From: Parasphingorhabdus sp.
Lineage (GTDB): Bacteria; Pseudomonadota; Alphaproteobacteria; Sphingomonadales; Sphingomonadaceae
Direction: 5' to 3'
Length of the DNA stretch: 64,000 bases
NCBI GenBank assembly: GCA_030373505.1
Contig: JAUCYS010000016.1
Span: forward strand, 7,576 to 71,575
Shown here: positions 9,335 to 19,097 of the stretch, piece after piece
Layout of the letters: each line of letters begins with the position of its first letter
Position numbering within the stretch: position 1 is the first letter of the stretch
Translations under genes and position numbers: made by a program
Notes under the pieces: model-generated
Databases searched by the model: none
Told to the model about the DNA's origin: nothing
The model's input: only the letters and a program-made list of their open reading frames with translations

Positions 9335-10457
9335 TGGGCTCGATCGTCAGAAAATCCCGGATTTCGACCGAATTGGGTCCCAGGGTAATCGGGTTTTTCA
9401 CGGTCGGCAGCACGCAGATATCGAACAGTTCGGTAATCGCACCCTCGAACCGCAGCCAGTGGGCAAGGCCGCCGTCCGCCTGCGACACGATCTGTACCCC
9501 GCACCAGGCCTCGCGGTCCTGTTCCCGCAGCCGGTCATCCAGCGCCAGGCCCTCGAAATGGCCATGCCGCGGTTTCGACAGGGTGACGAAGGCATGACGC
9601 CCGTGGAATGCCAGTCCGCGCAGAAAGCCGGGGAAAAAGGCCAGCGGGACGAAGCCGCCGCCGGCCGGGTCGAGCCAGCCGAGGTCCCCGGTTCCGGAAT
9701 TGAGCAGCCAGATCTGACCATCATGGAAACGCGGGCTGTGCGGCATCGACAGGCCCTGGCCGATGATCGCATTGCTCTCCACGTCAATGATCAGCCCGCC
9801 CTCGTCCCGGTCGTCGCGCCAGCCGTCTAGCGTGTCGGAACGCGACACGGCGCTGACATATTTCGGCTTGCCGTCGACCATCGCCAGGCCGTTGAGATGG
9901 CAGCGATCCTCGGGCACCAGCTGGCTGATGAAATCGGGCTTCCAGACCGGTTTGAAACTGTGCGTCAGGCTGGGCTCGCACAGGCAGTTGTAGCGGGTGT
10001 TGACGAAAACGATCCGGCCATTGGCCTGAATGCCGATTTCATGGATGTCGACATTGCCGGTGGTCTGCAGATTGCGCGGCACATAGACCTTGTCGTGCAC
10101 CTGATTGGCCCGCTGGCCGGTAGCGAGGACATTTTCCATCCGCACGATCTGGGTTAGCGTCCCCAGATAAATCCGGTCCGCATCGCCGGTCAGGCCCATC
10201 GCCTGCGGATAGACCGCTTCGTGCAGCGCCAGCTTGCCGTCGAGCCCATGGCCGATCAGATAGAGCCGGCCGGTCTGATAGGAGGTGAAGCCCAGAGCGA
10301 TATTGCTGGATTCCAGAAATTCGGTGAGGCCGGGAGAGAAGCTGATATCGATAGTGCCGGTCTCGGTGGCGGCGGTCGGCCCGGCTTCGGTGGGGGTGTT
10401 CCGGTCTTCCGGCGCGATGGTCTCGACGCCGCTGGCGCCCGGCATGTCCTTGCTCAC
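9324..10457 (-). CDS. TIGR03032 (DUF4915) family protein
   Basis: FTSYQTGRL, TTGNVDIHE, PEDRCHLNGLA, GLSMPHSPR, PGFLRGLAF motifs. Confidence 0.88.
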   Translation of the reverse strand: MSKDMPGASGVETIAPEDRNTPTEAGPTAATETGTIDISFSPGLTEFLESSNIALGFTSYQTGRLYLIGHGLDGKLALHEAVYPQAMGLTGDADRIYLGTLTQIVRMENVLATGQRANQVHDKVYVPRNLQTTGNVDIHEIGIQANGRIVFVNTRYNCLCEPSLTHSFKPVWKPDFISQLVPEDRCHLNGLAMVDGKPKYVSAVSRSDTLDGWRDDRDEGGLIIDVESNAIIGQGLSMPHSPRFHDGQIWLLNSGTGDLGWLDPAGGGFVPLAFFPGFLRGLAFHGRHAFVTLSKPRHGHFEGLALDDRLREQDREAWCGVQIVSQADGGLAHWLRFEGAITELFDICVLPTVKNPITLGPNSVEIRDFLTIEPTSP

Positions 10458-10569
10458 TATGTCGCCCTCCGATGCTCCGGACGACGATCATTCCATAAAA
10501 GGATGGTGGCGCAAAGGCTTAAATGTTCAGATCCACCGACCGTCACCACCGACCGCGGCCGGTTCCGGC

Positions 10570-10752
10570 TCAGAAATCGACGGCAATGCCCTTGTGCTCC
10601 CAGTCGCCATAGCGGGTCGGGCCGCTTTTGGCCGCAATCTCGTCGGCCTTCTCGATCGGATCGGGTTCCGGCACCGGCCTGCTTTTGGAAAGATAGGCGG
10701 GCGGCTTGACATGGGCTGGTCGCTCGCCGGGTTTTCTATCGCTTTCGGTCAT
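10570..10752 (-). CDS. DUF1674 small protein
   Basis: C-terminal PTRYGDWEHKGIAVDF signature. Confidence 0.88.
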   Translation of the reverse strand: MTESDRKPGERPAHVKPPAYLSKSRPVPEPDPIEKADEIAAKSGPTRYGDWEHKGIAVDF

Positions 10753-10772
10753 ATTTTTGCCTGTTCGCCAAA

Positions 10773-10800
10773 TTGAATGGTCCCGCCTCAGACCTTATAT
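10773..10800 (+). promoter_or_regulatory. RpoH (sigma-32)-type promoter of htpX
   Basis: TTGAA-N15-CCTTATAT, resembling alphaproteobacterial RpoH promoters, upstream of a heat-shock protease. Confidence 0.6.
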
Positions 10801-10837
10801 TGAGACCATGTTGAACATAATCAAGCGAGTATAGACA

Positions 10838-11737
10838 GTGAATTTCATGAAAACAGGCATGTTGCTGGCGGCGCTGACGGCGCTGTTCATGGTCTTGGGC
10901 TATTCGCTGGGCGGCAGCGGCGGCGCGATCCTCGCCTTGCTGGTGGCCGCCGGCATGAACCTGTTCACCTACTGGAACGCCGACAAGATCGTGCTGAAAA
11001 TGCACAATGCAGTCGAGGTAGACGCGTCCAGCCATCCCCAATTCTACAACATGCTCCGCAATCTGGCACAGCGGGCCCAGCTGCCGATGCCGAAAGTCTA
11101 TATCGTCGACCAGGCCCAGCCCAACGCCTTTGCCACCGGCCGTGATCCCGAACATGCCGCCGTTGCCGCCACCACTGGCCTGCTCAAAATGCTCAGCCAT
11201 GACGAGATCGAGGGCGTGATGGCGCACGAACTCGGCCATGTGAAAAACCGCGACACATTGATCATGACCATGGTTGCGACAATCGCGGGTGCGGTCTCGA
11301 TGCTCGCCAATTTCGGCCTGTTCTTCCGCGATCGCAACGCTGGCATTGCCGGGATCATGGCCGTCCTGATCGCGCCCTTTGCCGCGATGATCGTGCAGAT
11401 GGCGATCAGCCGCACCCGCGAATTCGGCGCCGATGCCGCCGCGGCACAGATCAGCGGCAAGCCGCTGTCGCTGGCGTCCGCGCTCTCCAAGATATCGGGC
11501 GTCGCCGCCCGCACGCCAAACCCGGTGGCCGAGCGCAATCCGGCGGCCTCCCAGCTCTATATCGTGCCCGGCGGCGTCCGCCAGATGTTCTCGACCCATC
11601 CCGCAACCGAAGACCGGATCGCGGCGCTACAGGCGATGGCTCAGGGCGGTGGCTCCGACGGCTGGTCCGCTCGTCCCGATGAAATCGGCGACATGGGCCG
11701 CCTGCGCAAGCCCAGCGCGCTTGATCCGACGCGATAG
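10838..11737 (+). CDS. htpX: Zinc metalloprotease HtpX
   Basis: [15 protein letters not shown] (HExxH), [14 protein letters not shown] motifs. Confidence 0.95.
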   Translation: MNFMKTGMLLAALTALFMVLGYSLGGSGGAILALLVAAGMNLFTYWNADKIVLKMHNAVEVDASSHPQFYNMLRNLAQRAQLPMPKVYIVDQAQPNAFATGRDPEHAAVAATTGLLKMLSHDEIEGVMAHELGHVKNRDTLIMTMVATIAGAVSMLANFGLFFRDRNAGIAGIMAVLIAPFAAMIVQMAISRTREFGADAAAAQISGKPLSLASALSKISGVAARTPNPVAERNPAASQLYIVPGGVRQMFSTHPATEDRIAALQAMAQGGGSDGWSARPDEIGDMGRLRKPSALDPTR

Positions 11738-11772
11738 GAGAATGGCCGGGCGTTGTGCCGCTCGATTTGCGG

Positions 11773-12474
11773 TCAGGCCTTGCTGCCTGTCGAAGGGTCC
11801 TCGAGGGCCAGCCGCTTGGCGATCCTCGCGGTTTGCACCACGAACAGACTGATCAGCAAAACCCCCACGCTGCCGACAAACAGGTCGAATATGTTGAGCT
11901 GGAAGAAGATCGGATGCTCCCGTCCGGCGATCAGCATCGACAGCGTCAGGCCAATCAGGACCAGCCGCAATTCGGTTGGGCCGGCATTGAGATAGGAAAG
12001 CCTGAGTTCGCCCAGCACCCGAACCGAAAGAAAGGCATGGATCGACATCAGCAGATATCCGACCAGCGCGATCAGCGCGACCTCCATCTGCACATAGGGA
12101 GTGATGCCGATACCGACCACGACCAGCATTGTCGCAAAGCCGTCGCAGCTGTGATCGAGAAAATAGCCGTAACGCGGCCGTTCGATCTTCCGGAACCGGG
12201 CCAGGCTGCCATCCAGCGAATCGCCAAACCAGTGCACGACATATCCGGCGATTGACAACAGCAGCCAGGCCGGGTGCAGATTGCTGGCGACATAGCCGCC
12301 GAACACCAGGAAAGCGCCGATCATTCCCGTCATCGTCAGCATATCCGGCGTCGCCCAGGCCGGCATGCCGGCACAGAGGCGGTTGAGCGCACGCCGTTCC
12401 AGCCGGGCGATCATATTGTCCTGGATGCGCTCGATCGGAGCGGTGCTGCGTTGGTCGTTGGTTTTGGTTTTCAT
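11773..12474 (-). CDS. CDP-alcohol phosphatidyltransferase family protein
   Basis: DSLDGSLAR...GYFLDHSCD signature. Start chosen at MKTK; alternative start 12528. Confidence 0.9.
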   Translation of the reverse strand: MKTKTNDQRSTAPIERIQDNMIARLERRALNRLCAGMPAWATPDMLTMTGMIGAFLVFGGYVASNLHPAWLLLSIAGYVVHWFGDSLDGSLARFRKIERPRYGYFLDHSCDGFATMLVVVGIGITPYVQMEVALIALVGYLLMSIHAFLSVRVLGELRLSYLNAGPTELRLVLIGLTLSMLIAGREHPIFFQLNIFDLFVGSVGVLLISLFVVQTARIAKRLALEDPSTGSKA

Positions 12475-12684
12475 GGCTTTTCTCTCGCGACGCGCCTTTC
12501 CTGCCAGCATAGGCTCATGCTCGGACATCAGACGGAATTTGCGATCTCGGGGGAATGTGGACCAGCAGGCTGTCAGGCGCGCAGGTCGTAAGATTACAGT
12601 GTAAAAGTCTGATATTCTTGTTTAAATGAGCAAGTTTTTGCGCTCGTTCGGGCAACTATAGCCGGAATCAGCACTATATCAATC

Positions 12685-12714
12685 AAAAGGGAGCCGGAGG
12701 TCGCTGCCGGCTCC
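12685..12714 (-). terminator. Intrinsic terminator after terC
   Basis: GGAGCCGG...CCGGCTCC stem followed by a T-run on the minus strand. Confidence 0.65.
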
Positions 12715-12724
12715 TATCAACGGG

Positions 12725-13534
12725 TCAGCCTGCCTTGGCCTCGCTCTTGTCCTTCAGCCTGCGGTTGCGCTGGATTATATTGAGCAGTTCCACCGCGAGC
12801 GAGAAACCCATCGCAGCGTAAATATAGCCTTTCGGCACATGGAAGCCCAGGCTGTCGGCAATCAGGACCAGCCCGATCATCACCAGAAAGGCGAGCGCAA
12901 GCATTACCAGCGTCGGGTTTTTCTCGATGAACCGGGCCAGCGGATCCGCTGCCAGCATCATCACGCCGACGGTGATCACCACGGCAGCCACCATGATCGG
13001 GATATCGTCGGTCATGCCAACCGCGGTCAGGATCGAATCGATGGAAAAAACTACATCGATGGCAATGATCTGCACCAGCACGGTACCGAAGCTGGCCACC
13101 GCAGCCGTCGCAACACCCGGCGTCTTGTCAAGCAGATCTCCGGAATTGTCCTCCGGCTCCATCGTGTGGTGAATTTCGTTGGTCGCCTTCCACAGCAGGA
13201 ACAGGCCGCCGGCCAGCAGGATGAGATCGCGGCCGGAAAAGGCCGTCTCGAAGCTGGCCTCGCCATATTCATTGGGAGCGCCCTGCAGGCCAAGATCGAA
13301 CAAGGGGGTTTGCAGCGTCACAATCCAGCCAATCAGCATGAGCAGCCCGATCCGCATGACCAGGGCCAGCGAAAGTCCGATCCGCCTTGCCTTGGCCTGC
13401 TGATGTGCGGGCAGCTTGTTCGACAGAATCGCGATGAAGATCAGGTTGTCGACGCCGAGTACGATTTCCAGGGCGATGAGCGTCAGCAGGGCAAGCCATG
13501 CCGCGGGGTCCGACAGAAGGGATAAAATTTCCAT
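12725..13534 (-). CDS. TerC family membrane protein
   Basis: LEIVLGVDNLIFI, DVVFSIDSILTAVG, VPKGYIYAAM motifs. Confidence 0.93.
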   Translation of the reverse strand: MEILSLLSDPAAWLALLTLIALEIVLGVDNLIFIAILSNKLPAHQQAKARRIGLSLALVMRIGLLMLIGWIVTLQTPLFDLGLQGAPNEYGEASFETAFSGRDLILLAGGLFLLWKATNEIHHTMEPEDNSGDLLDKTPGVATAAVASFGTVLVQIIAIDVVFSIDSILTAVGMTDDIPIMVAAVVITVGVMMLAADPLARFIEKNPTLVMLALAFLVMIGLVLIADSLGFHVPKGYIYAAMGFSLAVELLNIIQRNRRLKDKSEAKAG

Positions 13535-13614
13535 GCAGCGGCTTTTGCCGATCATCGCGGAAAAGACAAGCGACTACATTTCGCGAGGGGCAACGGTACC
13601 CCCTCCGCGCAGTC

Positions 13615-14661
13615 TCAGATCGCGAAGGAAGCCGGGCTGTTTCGAAGAGGAGGGATGGTCTCTTCAGATTCGGACAGGTCGGCGCGGACATCGCCGACAG
13701 CCATCCGTCCCCGGGCTCTGGGCTGCAGGAATATCAGGCTCAGGAAATAGCCGATAATCGCGCTCGCTCCATAACCGACTATCGGCGTGGGGTAGGCCCC
13801 CATGGCAGCAGCGGCGATCAGCGTTAGCCAGCAGGATGTAAACACATAGTGCAGGGTTGACCGCTCGGCCTTTTGCACAAATGCTATCGGGCAGACCAGC
13901 AACAGGCACCCGGCCCAGAGCGCCAGTCCGACCCACAAGGAGATATCAAAGGCGGACCATAATATATGATCGACAAAGGGCACCGCTGGCAGGCGGTCGG
14001 GCAACAGGAGCGTCGCCGCGAAGGTCATCGCACAGAATAGCGCCGCGCTCACCGTCAGCCGGTTTGCCCGCATCACGCCGACAATGACAACCGCGACAAA
14101 AAGCATCGCCGCCACCGCCCGGTCAGGCTGGGCCGCCATCGAAAAAGCGGCGACACAGACCGCCAACACAGTCCGGAAATTCTGCACTCTGGCGAAACAG
14201 ATGGCGATCAGCGGCAGCAGAATCAGGCTGGTCTGGATGAAAAACGGCCCGATCAGCAGCCACCGTCGGGCATCCTCGATCGCATAGCCAAAGATCGCGG
14301 TGCCTAGGAGAAGGAAGGCTCCGATCAACGCGGTTGCAGTGACGACCCGATCGGTCGCCCGCGCAGCGAGCCGTACGGACGGAGCCAGCAAAATGCCGAC
14401 GACAATTGCCCCGCCATTGACGACAACCATGGTCAGCGGGGCCCCGGAGACGATCAGATAAGCCAGGCCGATCAAGCCCGCCACCACACCCGAGATGAAT
14501 GTCAAAATCACGAACCTGTCCTTCACCATGCTGCTCCCTGTTTGTGAGATGTTGAATTCGAGCCGAAAGCGGCAGCAGGCGATCAGGCAGCCCATGGCAA
14601 AGGAGACTGCTTCTCTGTTGTTGTCGATCACCGCCATTTCTGCTGCCATCGCCCGGCCCAT
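13615..14661 (-). CDS. Polytopic membrane protein, divergent FtsW/RodA(SEDS)-like; 5' end frameshifted
   Basis: About 10 hydrophobic segments; ARRWLLIGPFFIQ, AAQPD and PIVGYG loosely recall SEDS motifs. Alternative start at 14529 with AGGGAG RBS. Confidence 0.6.
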   Translation of the reverse strand: MGRAMAAEMAVIDNNREAVSFAMGCLIACCRFRLEFNISQTGSSMVKDRFVILTFISGVVAGLIGLAYLIVSGAPLTMVVVNGGAIVVGILLAPSVRLAARATDRVVTATALIGAFLLLGTAIFGYAIEDARRWLLIGPFFIQTSLILLPLIAICFARVQNFRTVLAVCVAAFSMAAQPDRAVAAMLFVAVVIVGVMRANRLTVSAALFCAMTFAATLLLPDRLPAVPFVDHILWSAFDISLWVGLALWAGCLLLVCPIAFVQKAERSTLHYVFTSCWLTLIAAAAMGAYPTPIVGYGASAIIGYFLSLIFLQPRARGRMAVGDVRADLSESEETIPPLRNSPASFAI

Positions 14662-14716
14662 TTTTTGCGATGATCGGGCGCCAGCCGCAGGATCAGTGAT
14701 TCCAGAGCGCGCCGCA

Positions 14717-15025
14717 TCATACCGGCTTTGCCCGCCAAGGCTGATCGGCTGACCGACGGTCCTCGCTAAGCAGGCTTTTCGCCAAAACGCGTCCCGCCTC
14801 GGTCAGGCTGTACATATGCCGGGGAGGGCGCCCTTCGACGCTCGTTTCCTGCCACCGTGAAGCCAGCATCCCCTGATCCTCCAGTCTCGCCAGCATCGGA
14901 TATAAAGTGCCCGGCTTGATGCCGGTGACCTGCATGATCTCGTATCCATGCAGGCTCTGGGGCGCGCTAAGCAAGGCGATCAGTGCCTGTTTCGTCGCCT
15001 TGGAGGGAGCCCTTTGTTTTCGCAT
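14717..15025 (-). CDS. PadR family transcriptional regulator
   Basis: HGYEI, GTLYPMLARLE, PPRHMYSLTEAG motifs. Confidence 0.92.
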   Translation of the reverse strand: MRKQRAPSKATKQALIALLSAPQSLHGYEIMQVTGIKPGTLYPMLARLEDQGMLASRWQETSVEGRPPRHMYSLTEAGRVLAKSLLSEDRRSADQPWRAKPV

Positions 15026-15030
15026 GATTT

Positions 15031-15060
15031 GTATATCGATATATATCGACTTAATGTCAA
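15031..15060 (-). promoter_or_regulatory. padR promoter with palindromic operator
   Basis: TTGACA at 15060-15055 and a perfect palindrome TCGATATATATCGA at 15036-15049, immediately before the ATG (probably leaderless). Confidence 0.6.
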
Positions 15061-15250
15061 ACGCTTGTTTGCGGGCGCTCGAAAATAATATTTTTTCGTC
15101 TATCCGGAGAGCATCGCTACGATGCAATCCCGGCGGTACCCTTCCAAAAGCTTGATCGAAACGCCGGAAGGTCTATGCGGTCGGGCAGCGCAAACCATCC
15201 GGTTTGTGCATGTCCCGGCTTTGCGGGGCAAGCCAGTGCGGAATCGAACC

Positions 15251-16528
15251 ATGAACGAACCCAACAACAAAATCCCCGGCCTCGCGACACGCCAGTCCGC
15301 CATCCGCTTGCTCGACGCCGTCTGCCGACGTGGTGAGACGCTGGATCAGGCGATGCCCGCAGCGACGGGCAAGCTGGGCAATCCGTCCGACAAGGCGCTG
15401 GCCCACAATATCGCCGCCAATGTGCTGCGCTGGATGACCGCGCTCGACGCGATGATCGACAGCGCCACCCGCAACCGGCTCGCCGACGATGCCAAGCCGC
15501 GTATGGCCTTGCGCATCGCGCTCGCCCAGGTGCTGATTCTCGATACCCCGCAACATGCCGCGATTTCCACCGCGCTGCCGCTGGTCCATGGCGGACCGCG
15601 CCGGCTGGTTCACGGCGTCTTTTCCACGGTCATGCGCGGCGTCGAATCGGGCGCGCTGAAATTGCCGGAATATCCCGAAATACCGGGCGAGACGCTCGAC
15701 CGCTGGACCCACAATTGGGGTGAGGAGGTCGCCCTCGCGGCCAATGCAGCATGGGCCAAGCCCGCGCCGCTCGATCTCAGCTTCCGGACCGACGATACCG
15801 GCTCTCTCGAAGGCCTGTCGCTCGCGCCCAAACATCTGAGGATGCTTCCAGCTCTTCCAGTCACCGGGCTGGCCGGCTTCGATGAAGGCAGCTTCTGGGT
15901 GCAGGATCTGGCCGCTTCGATCCCGGCCCGGTTGCTCGGCGAGGGCAAGGGCCGCACCATATTCGATCTCTGCGCCGCTCCCGGCGGCAAGACCATGCAA
16001 CTGGCCAGCAATGGCTGGAAGGTGATCTCGGTCGACAATAACGCCAGGCGGATGGAGCGCTTCCAGGACAATCTCGGGCGCACCGGTCTCGAGGCGGAGC
16101 AGGTCATCGCCGATCTGATGCAATGGCAGCCCGCTGAACCCGCCGATGCGGTCCTGCTCGACGCCCCGTGCAGCGCCACCGGCATCTTCCGCCGCCACCC
16201 CGATGTGCTGCACTGTATCGGTGCGCGGCAGATCGCCGACCGCGCCGAGACCCAGCGCGCGCTGCTCGACCGCACCGCCCCCTGGGTGAAGCCCGGCGGG
16301 ACACTGGTCTACGCTGTCTGTTCGCTGGAACCCGAGGAAGGCGAGGAGCAGATCGAAGCCTTTCTCGAGCGCCACAGCAATTTTGCCATCGATCCGGTTA
16401 CCGCCGACGAGCTGCCGCAAGGCATGTCGCCGACCGGCAATGGTTGCGTCCGCACCCTGCCGACCACGCTCGCCGAACAGGGCCATGTCGACGGCTTTTT
16501 CATCGCCAGGCTGATTTGCGGAAGTTGA
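15251..16528 (+). CDS. rsmB: RsmB/NOP family RNA m5C methyltransferase with NusB-like N-terminal domain
   Basis: WVQD, DLCAAPGGKT, DAPCSATG, YAVCSLEPEEGE motifs. Confidence 0.9.
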   Translation: MNEPNNKIPGLATRQSAIRLLDAVCRRGETLDQAMPAATGKLGNPSDKALAHNIAANVLRWMTALDAMIDSATRNRLADDAKPRMALRIALAQVLILDTPQHAAISTALPLVHGGPRRLVHGVFSTVMRGVESGALKLPEYPEIPGETLDRWTHNWGEEVALAANAAWAKPAPLDLSFRTDDTGSLEGLSLAPKHLRMLPALPVTGLAGFDEGSFWVQDLAASIPARLLGEGKGRTIFDLCAAPGGKTMQLASNGWKVISVDNNARRMERFQDNLGRTGLEAEQVIADLMQWQPAEPADAVLLDAPCSATGIFRRHPDVLHCIGARQIADRAETQRALLDRTAPWVKPGGTLVYAVCSLEPEEGEEQIEAFLERHSNFAIDPVTADELPQGMSPTGNGCVRTLPTTLAEQGHVDGFFIARLICGS

Positions 16529-16648
16529 TTTTCTACATATTGTGAACCTGTCCCCAATCTGTCCACAAGGGACTGTGGACTGAAGGGAATCGCGCCTTGC
16601 CTGATCCGTGCAAAAATTCTAGTGCCGGGTTCAGTTTAAGGAAGCGCC

Positions 16649-17311
16649 ATGTCCGACAATATTCGTATCGCCCCGTCCATTCTCTCCGCCGATTTTGCGC
16701 GGCTGGGCGAAGAGGTGCAGGCTATCGACCGGGCTGGCTGCGACTGGATCCATGTCGATGTCATGGATGGCCATTTCGTCCCCAATATCACGATCGGCCC
16801 GGCGGTGGTAAAAGCGCTTCGTCCGCACAGCGCCAAGCCGTTCGATGTTCATCTGATGATCTCGCCGGTCGACCAGTATCTGGAGGCCTTTGCCGAGGCC
16901 GGCGCCGACATCATCTCCTTCCATCCGGAAGCAGGGCCGCACCCGCACCGCACGGTGCAGACCATCCAGGGGCTGGGCAAGCAGGCCGGGCTGGTGCTCA
17001 ATCCGGCGACGCCGCTCGATATACTCGACTATCTGGTCGACGATCTCGACCTGATCCTGGTGATGAGCGTCAACCCCGGCTTTGGCGGGCAGAGTTTCAT
17101 CGACAGCCAGCTGCGCAAGATCGAGGTGATCCGGACCCGGATCACCGCCACCGGCAAGGATATCAGGCTGGAGGTCGACGGCGGTATCGATCTCAACACC
17201 GCGCCAAAGGCGATCGCGGCGGGTGCCGATACATTGGTGGCCGGCACGGCGACCTTCCGTGGCGGGCCTGACCATTATGCGGCGAATATCACGGGCCTGA
17301 GGGGTGAATGA
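16649..17311 (+). CDS. rpe: Ribulose-phosphate 3-epimerase
   Basis: IAPSILSADF, HVDVMDGHFVPN, MSVNPGFGGQ motifs. Confidence 0.97.
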   Translation: MSDNIRIAPSILSADFARLGEEVQAIDRAGCDWIHVDVMDGHFVPNITIGPAVVKALRPHSAKPFDVHLMISPVDQYLEAFAEAGADIISFHPEAGPHPHRTVQTIQGLGKQAGLVLNPATPLDILDYLVDDLDLILVMSVNPGFGGQSFIDSQLRKIEVIRTRITATGKDIRLEVDGGIDLNTAPKAIAAGADTLVAGTATFRGGPDHYAANITGLRGE

Positions 17312-19095
17312 CCACAGGCCGGCCTGACCGTCTCGATCTGGGCGACAGCGACCCCGACGATCCCTCGACCCACGACGAAAATGACAGCGCCGGGGAAGGC
17401 CGCAGCCTGACTCTGCGCCACGACCGCAACCGCGGCCAGTCGCTCGCCGAACAGGCGGCGATGCTCTATTACCGGATGACCTGGCGGATGCCGATGCACC
17501 GGCTGCGCCTGTCGGGAAAATTGCCGCTGCGCCTGCTGGCCGTACCGGTCGATCCCGTCGAGGGCGACCGGGTGCAGGGGATGGCGGTGCGCGCCGGCCA
17601 TTTCCTGTTCCGCGGTCTCAAGAAAAAGCACGAGAATATCGACTTCGCCAATCTCCGCCTGCCACCGCAATTCGAGGATTATATCCACCGTTTCCAGTGG
17701 CTGCGCGACCTCGATACCGCCGCCTCGCGCGACCAGGCGGTGCCGGTAGCGGAAAAGCTGATCAGCCAGTGGCTCGATGCCAATGGCGGCGTCATTCGCC
17801 AGCCCGCTTGGCGACCCGACAATTGCGGCTGGCGGCTGATGATCTGGGCCAGCCATGCGCCGCTGATCCTCTCCTCCCGCGACCTCATCTACCGCTCCAA
17901 GCTGCTCAACAATATCGCTCGCACCGCTCGCCATCTTGACCGCACCGCCGACAAGGCGGAGTCCAGCCTCGGCCGGCTGGTGGCGTGGAGCGGGGTGGTC
18001 GCCGCATCCTTGCTGCTGCCCGAGGGTCGTGTGCGCCAGATCGTTGGGGAAGCCGGTCTGGAAAAGGCGATGGGCGAATTTTTCTTTGCCGATGGCGGTT
18101 CCGTCTCCCGCTCCCCGCTCAACCAGATCGACGCGGTCATCCTGCTGTCGATGCTGAAACAGGTCTATCTCGCCCGCAAGGAGGATCCGCCCGAGTTTCT
18201 CGTGGAAGCGCTCAACAAGGCGGTGCCACCGCTGACCGCTCTCACGCATTTTGACGGGACCATGGGCAACTGGCAGGGCAGCGGCGCGACATCGGCCGAG
18301 CAGATTGCGCAAGTGATAGAAGCCAGCAGCGTGCGCGCGCGACCGCTCCGGCAGGCCCGCGAATGGGGCTATCAGCGGGTTACCGCCGGGCGCTCGGTGC
18401 TGATTGTCGACGCTGCGCCGCCGCCGATCGCGCGCATGGCGGTGGCCGGCTGCGCCTCGACCCTGGCCTTTGAATTTTCCAACGGCGGCTGCCGGATCAT
18501 CAGCAATTGCGGCGGTGCGGGGCTGGTCGGTGCCACCATCCCGGCAGCGCTGGCGCGCGGCCTGCGCACCACTGCCGCCCACAGCACCCTGTGCATCGCC
18601 GACAGCAACAGCACCTCGATTCTCGCCGACGGCAAGCTTGGCCGCGGCGTCAGCGAGGTCGAGCTGTTCCGCCGCGATGTCGAGAACGCCACCCGGCTCG
18701 AGGCCAGTCATGACGGCTATGCCCGGCGCTTCGGCCTGGTCCACAAGCGCCTGTTGCTGTTGCGCTCCGATGGTCTCGAGCTGCGCGGCGAAGATATGCT
18801 GATTCCCGATGGCAAGAAGCGCCGCCGCCGCAAGGAAGATATAGAATATGCCGTGCGCTTTCATCTCGGGCCGGATATAGAAAGCGACCTGATCTCGGAA
18901 GGGAAGGGCGTTTTGTTGCGCCTGACAGACGGGAATCTGTGGCAGTTCCGTTCAACGAGCGGCGACATTCAGCTGGAAGAAAGCGTCTGGGTCGACGGCA
19001 TGGGCATCGGTCATGCTGTCAGGCAGATGGTGATTGGCGGAGCAGTGGGCAGGGGCGGTGGTGCCACCGGCTGGCTGCTCAAACATATGGGATAG
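17308..19095 (+). CDS. Heparinase II/III-like family protein
   Basis: [10 protein letters not shown] and ASHDGY motifs; usual position between rpe and purH. Confidence 0.85.
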   Translation: MTTGRPDRLDLGDSDPDDPSTHDENDSAGEGRSLTLRHDRNRGQSLAEQAAMLYYRMTWRMPMHRLRLSGKLPLRLLAVPVDPVEGDRVQGMAVRAGHFLFRGLKKKHENIDFANLRLPPQFEDYIHRFQWLRDLDTAASRDQAVPVAEKLISQWLDANGGVIRQPAWRPDNCGWRLMIWASHAPLILSSRDLIYRSKLLNNIARTARHLDRTADKAESSLGRLVAWSGVVAASLLLPEGRVRQIVGEAGLEKAMGEFFFADGGSVSRSPLNQIDAVILLSMLKQVYLARKEDPPEFLVEALNKAVPPLTALTHFDGTMGNWQGSGATSAEQIAQVIEASSVRARPLRQAREWGYQRVTAGRSVLIVDAAPPPIARMAVAGCASTLAFEFSNGGCRIISNCGGAGLVGATIPAALARGLRTTAAHSTLCIADSNSTSILADGKLGRGVSEVELFRRDVENATRLEASHDGYARRFGLVHKRLLLLRSDGLELRGEDMLIPDGKKRRRRKEDIEYAVRFHLGPDIESDLISEGKGVLLRLTDGNLWQFRSTSGDIQLEESVWVDGMGIGHAVRQMVIGGAVGRGGGATGWLLKHMG

Positions 19096-19097
19096 AA

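Noticed and set aside
13535-13614. yybP-ykoY manganese riboswitch upstream of terC
   Set aside because: The leader is short and I could not see the conserved core; an Infernal search would settle it.
16545-16580. DnaA-box-like TGTCCACA sequence
   Set aside because: A single imperfect match within a small hairpin, with no origin context.
17308-19095. Heparinase-like gene as a polysaccharide utilisation locus
   Set aside because: Its position between rpe and purH is a common alphaproteobacterial core arrangement, with no carbohydrate-active neighbours.
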